A stretch of 64,000 bases of DNA, taken from NCBI GenBank assembly GCA_001179505.1, contig CDMY01000371.1:1-64000 (forward strand). The letters are read 5' to 3'. Of the stretch, positions 61,045 to 64,000 are shown in pieces (the first letter of the stretch is position 1; every line of letters begins with the position of its first letter). Both the position numbers and the translations under genes were made by a program. This stretch comes from Vitrella brassicaformis CCMP3155. Its lineage: Eukaryota > Protista > Chromerida. The notes under the pieces were generated by a model that was not told the DNA's origin, did no database searches, and saw only the letters and a list, made by a program, of their open reading frames with translations.

Positions 61045-62545
61045 TTGAAGATTTGGCTGATCTTGAGGTGGAGGTCGCTGACGAGAAGGCCCTGTTGGAC
61101 GAGCCTTCTGCTGGCCTCTTTGGCGCAGGCGCGCTGGCAGCAGATCCGTGCCGGCCTTCGGACGCCCCGTCTCAACGCGAGAAGGAGAAGGAGTTGGGGG
61201 CTCAGAGCGATAGGAGGCGCTCTGCTCCTTTACCCTTAGCCAAGGCGCTGAGTGGAGAGGAGACCAAAAACGAGCTGGGTGAGACAGCCTGAATGGATCA
61301 GTGTTAGGTAATGTGTGTGTCTGTTCAATCAGCGCCTGGTTTTTCTGAGGAGGATGGCAAGGACGCGCTGGAGAAGGCCCGAATTCGTCTCGGTCTGGGC
61401 CCGCCTCGCATGATGTCCCAACCACGGAGAGACGCAACGGATGGTGATGCAGAAGATGACATGGATGATGTACCGGTCGGGGAAGAACCTGTTCTGTGCC
61501 TTGATCGTCCCGATTTGGAGCGTTGGTCCAAGAACGATCTGGAAAGAGAGAAGAAACAAGTGAAGAGGTACACAGGCAGGCAGGGGGGCGAGGAAGTACG
61601 CGGACAGGCAGGCAAGGCTAGCAGCCAGGAAGGTAGTGGAGCCCCAGCTGGTACCGAGAGGATTGGCTTTCTCGTTCCTGTTGTCAGCGAGCTCAAGAAA
61701 TATGACACCGCCTTCGAGTCGGCTTATGGAAGGCTGGTAGAACAAGGAGCGGTCACATTGTGACGACTTGACAGTCTACTCATTGGTTGGATGCATGTGT
61801 CCGTCGCTGCAGCCGAATCGGAAGGAGAAGGAGCCCATGCGTCCCCTGTATTGCTACTATCGCAAGCTGAAGGCAATGATCGGCAACGTGTCGACCTCCC
61901 GTCAGGGGTACGCCCTCAGCCAGAGGAGCTCCCGCGATCGGCGAGCCACTCCATCCTCGCAGCAACAGCAGGGGGGCGCCAAAAGCGGGTCGGCCGTCAG
62001 TGGGCGGTCAGAGGTACCGCTGAGCGAGGTACCCTCGTCAAGGGGCGACTCAGCTCAGGACCTAGGCGAGTCGGGCGCCAGGGCACCGCGGCACCGAGAG
62101 CCAGCTCGGCAACAAGGGGTGGATGTTCCCGCTGCGTCGAGCAACAACGACGAGGGGGAGCGCTACAGGCAGCGGCTGGACCAGCTATATCGTGAGAAGA
62201 CTCGCCTGCGTCACGTGCTACAGGTAGCCACACACACACCGACGGCAGGGAATAGAGGACACATCGTGTAACGGCTTCAACTGATTCAGAAATATCAGAC
62301 CAAGTTCATGGCGGAGAACTCGCGCAAAATCCGCTTCCACAAGGACATTCTGCCGATCGAACGAGTAAGCGAACGGATGGTGGGGTGTGCGCGGCACACG
62401 AGCACTCAGATGGACTGCGAACCGTGTCTGGGGTGCCTTTATGCAGGAGTACAAGTGCTACAAGCAGTGTAAACAAGAGATTCAGCGGCTGACGTCGCTC
62501 TTGGGGACGTCTGGCAGTGCAGAAGCGGTCTCTGATGTCGACTGA
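61045..62545 (+). CDS. FAM13-like C-terminal domain protein (5' exon not resolved)
   Basis: LEREKKQVK..LKKYDTAFESAYGRL|PNRKEKEPMRPLYCYYRKLK and a second repeat LYREKTRLRHVLQ|KYQTKFMAENSRKIRFHKDILPIER|EYKCYKQCK match the paired FAM13 C-terminal repeats as I recall them. Confidence 0.7.
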
Positions 62546-62933
62546 TGCTGGTTTCAATCCTTGCACGATTAGCTGAGTTGTGCCAAGAGTCCGTGTGCAT
62601 CACATGGACACGATGTCTCTCGGCAGAAAGGAAAGGTCTGTCTCTGTCCTAACAGAAAGAGCCTAGGCCTGGTGCACAACATCCGTACACAGACGTGCAG
62701 GTGAATTACACAGACTGTATGTACATACGTACACACTCCTGACTACACAAGACAGACAGACAGACAGTCAGTCATATGTACACGTGGCTGACAAATATAC
62801 GCAGTGATGAATGAATGGTGAGTGGATGAATGAATGGTGAATGAATGCATGATCCGTCATGGTTAAATCCATTCCCGCCCACACCCATTTCCACCCTCCC
62901 ACCCACCCGCCGCCCGCCCGCCCAGACGCAGAG

Positions 62934-64000
62934 CTATCGTCCGAAGGGGCTACCCACGGCAGACGGAATGCGCTGCATGGTGTCGTTTAAGCCCAGAATA
63001 GCCCGTTCCACGTCGTCGATGTCAGGGCCTATTTGGGGTAGTATAAAGTTAGCTGAGAGACACAGACAGACACCATACCCATGAGGGGGGCCCGTGTCGT
63101 TATTCGTTCATTGCTTGGAGGAAGGAGGTGTCGTTGCCCCGTGTGTGCGTGCATACCGGGGATGACTTGGCTTTCCCATATGTATGTGAACTGAGTGACA
63201 CGCACCAGGGAATGGGGAGACAAATGGGCGAGTGAATGAGGGCGTTCGTCAGCTTACCTTGCCCACAGTGATGGAGTAGAGGAAGAGTCTATTGCCCTCG
63301 TCCTCTATGAAGTCAAAACCTACACCCACGTCTTCTGTCTCCACCTCAAACGAGGCCTCAGGAATGCCATCGTTCCCCACACCTACACAAACACACATGC
63401 CAGACGGAGCGTCCCTCACACGGACGGCGCCAGTCCCCCATCCCCAGCCAACACTCGTCGGCAACACTTACCAGCACCCGCAGACACGTACGCCGTGCCT
63501 GCAACAGACCAATGTCAACCAATCAGTGCCACCCCGGTTTGCACACACCCATCCATCCCTCGTGAGATCGTCGCCAAGCGTGCATTGCTTTTCTGCTTAC
63601 CCAGGCGGCCATATCCCACTTGGATATAGACCTCCTCACTGAGCCAGAGCAGACGACCCCAGAGACACAAACAAGGATGAGTGGTGATGTGTCGCTGTGA
63701 GAGCAACCAGCCCAGCTGGAGCTGCCTTTTTGGTGTCTCTTCACCTCCGATTGTCCACGAAATCTGCACGGCAGGTGGCAAGCAACACACGACAGCGAGC
63801 ATGGCATCCAGTGATGGATGATGCAGTGGCGTTAGCGCCCCTACCTCCGTTGAGCAATAACTGCCACCCATCGCCCCAGTTCCCTGCACACGAATCGAGC
63901 GGTGGAAGCAACCAGGTAGGAAAGAAGAATGGATGTGCTGCCACTGAGCTGCCTGACCGTCATCGGCGGGCAAATCTGTGCGTCTGACTGACCTTGGAAG
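62934..64000 (-). CDS. 3' exons of a hypothetical gene that starts beyond the window
   Basis: Exons WLLPPLDSCAGNWGDGWQLLLNGG; EEVYIQVGYGRLG; NDGIPEASFEVETEDVGVGFDFIEDEGNRLFLYSITVG; NFILPQIGPDIDDVERAILGLNDTMQRIPSAVGSPFGR*. Typical introns between. Confidence 0.55.

Noticed and set aside
1-64000. Many long overlapping ORFs in the ORF track
   Set aside because: They are expected from high GC and CA/GACA repeats (translations rich in CVCV, HTHT, QTDR); they are shadow or intronic frames rather than overlapping genes.
1-64000. rRNA, tRNA, snRNA or prokaryotic defence systems
   Set aside because: No recognisable conserved sequence was seen. Small ncRNAs cannot be excluded without an Infernal or tRNAscan search.

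Overview
This is a gene-dense, intron-rich eukaryotic window with short GT-AG introns full of (CA)n, (GACA)n and (TGAA)n microsatellites and GC-rich exons. The style and gene content (CPW-WPC, BTB+TLDc, plastid-targeted genes) suggest a chromerid alveolate such as Vitrella; that assignment is inference. Recognisable spliced genes: DUF493/YbeD-like protein with a putative plastid leader, BTB+TLDc protein, TyrP/Mtr aromatic amino acid permease, two Reeler-like surface proteins, DNA primase small subunit, a divergent protein kinase, CPW-WPC protein, NUP42-like CCCH/FG nucleoporin, a bacterial-type GH13 glucanase, a HeH/LEM-MSC inner nuclear membrane protein, a UBX-like protein, PRP38 and a FAM13-like protein. 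Several genes are hypothetical. Two rearranged loci stand out. (1) A CPW-WPC gene is split between two inverted repeats (32.7-34.5 kb and 36.6-37.8 kb); neither copy is complete, but flipping the enclosed segment would rebuild one intact gene. (2) A degenerate kinase is split by an approximately 2.6 kb insertion bounded by an 86-bp direct repeat. Both loci have short duplicated microhomologies at their junctions. Also notable are a spliced, apparently catalytically dead GIY-YIG-like gene and a compositionally distinct island at about 54.3-62.6 kb. There are two 300-N assembly gaps. No rRNA, tRNA or CRISPR array was recognised. Exon boundaries were assembled by eye and are approximate; family calls come from motif recognition, not database searches.
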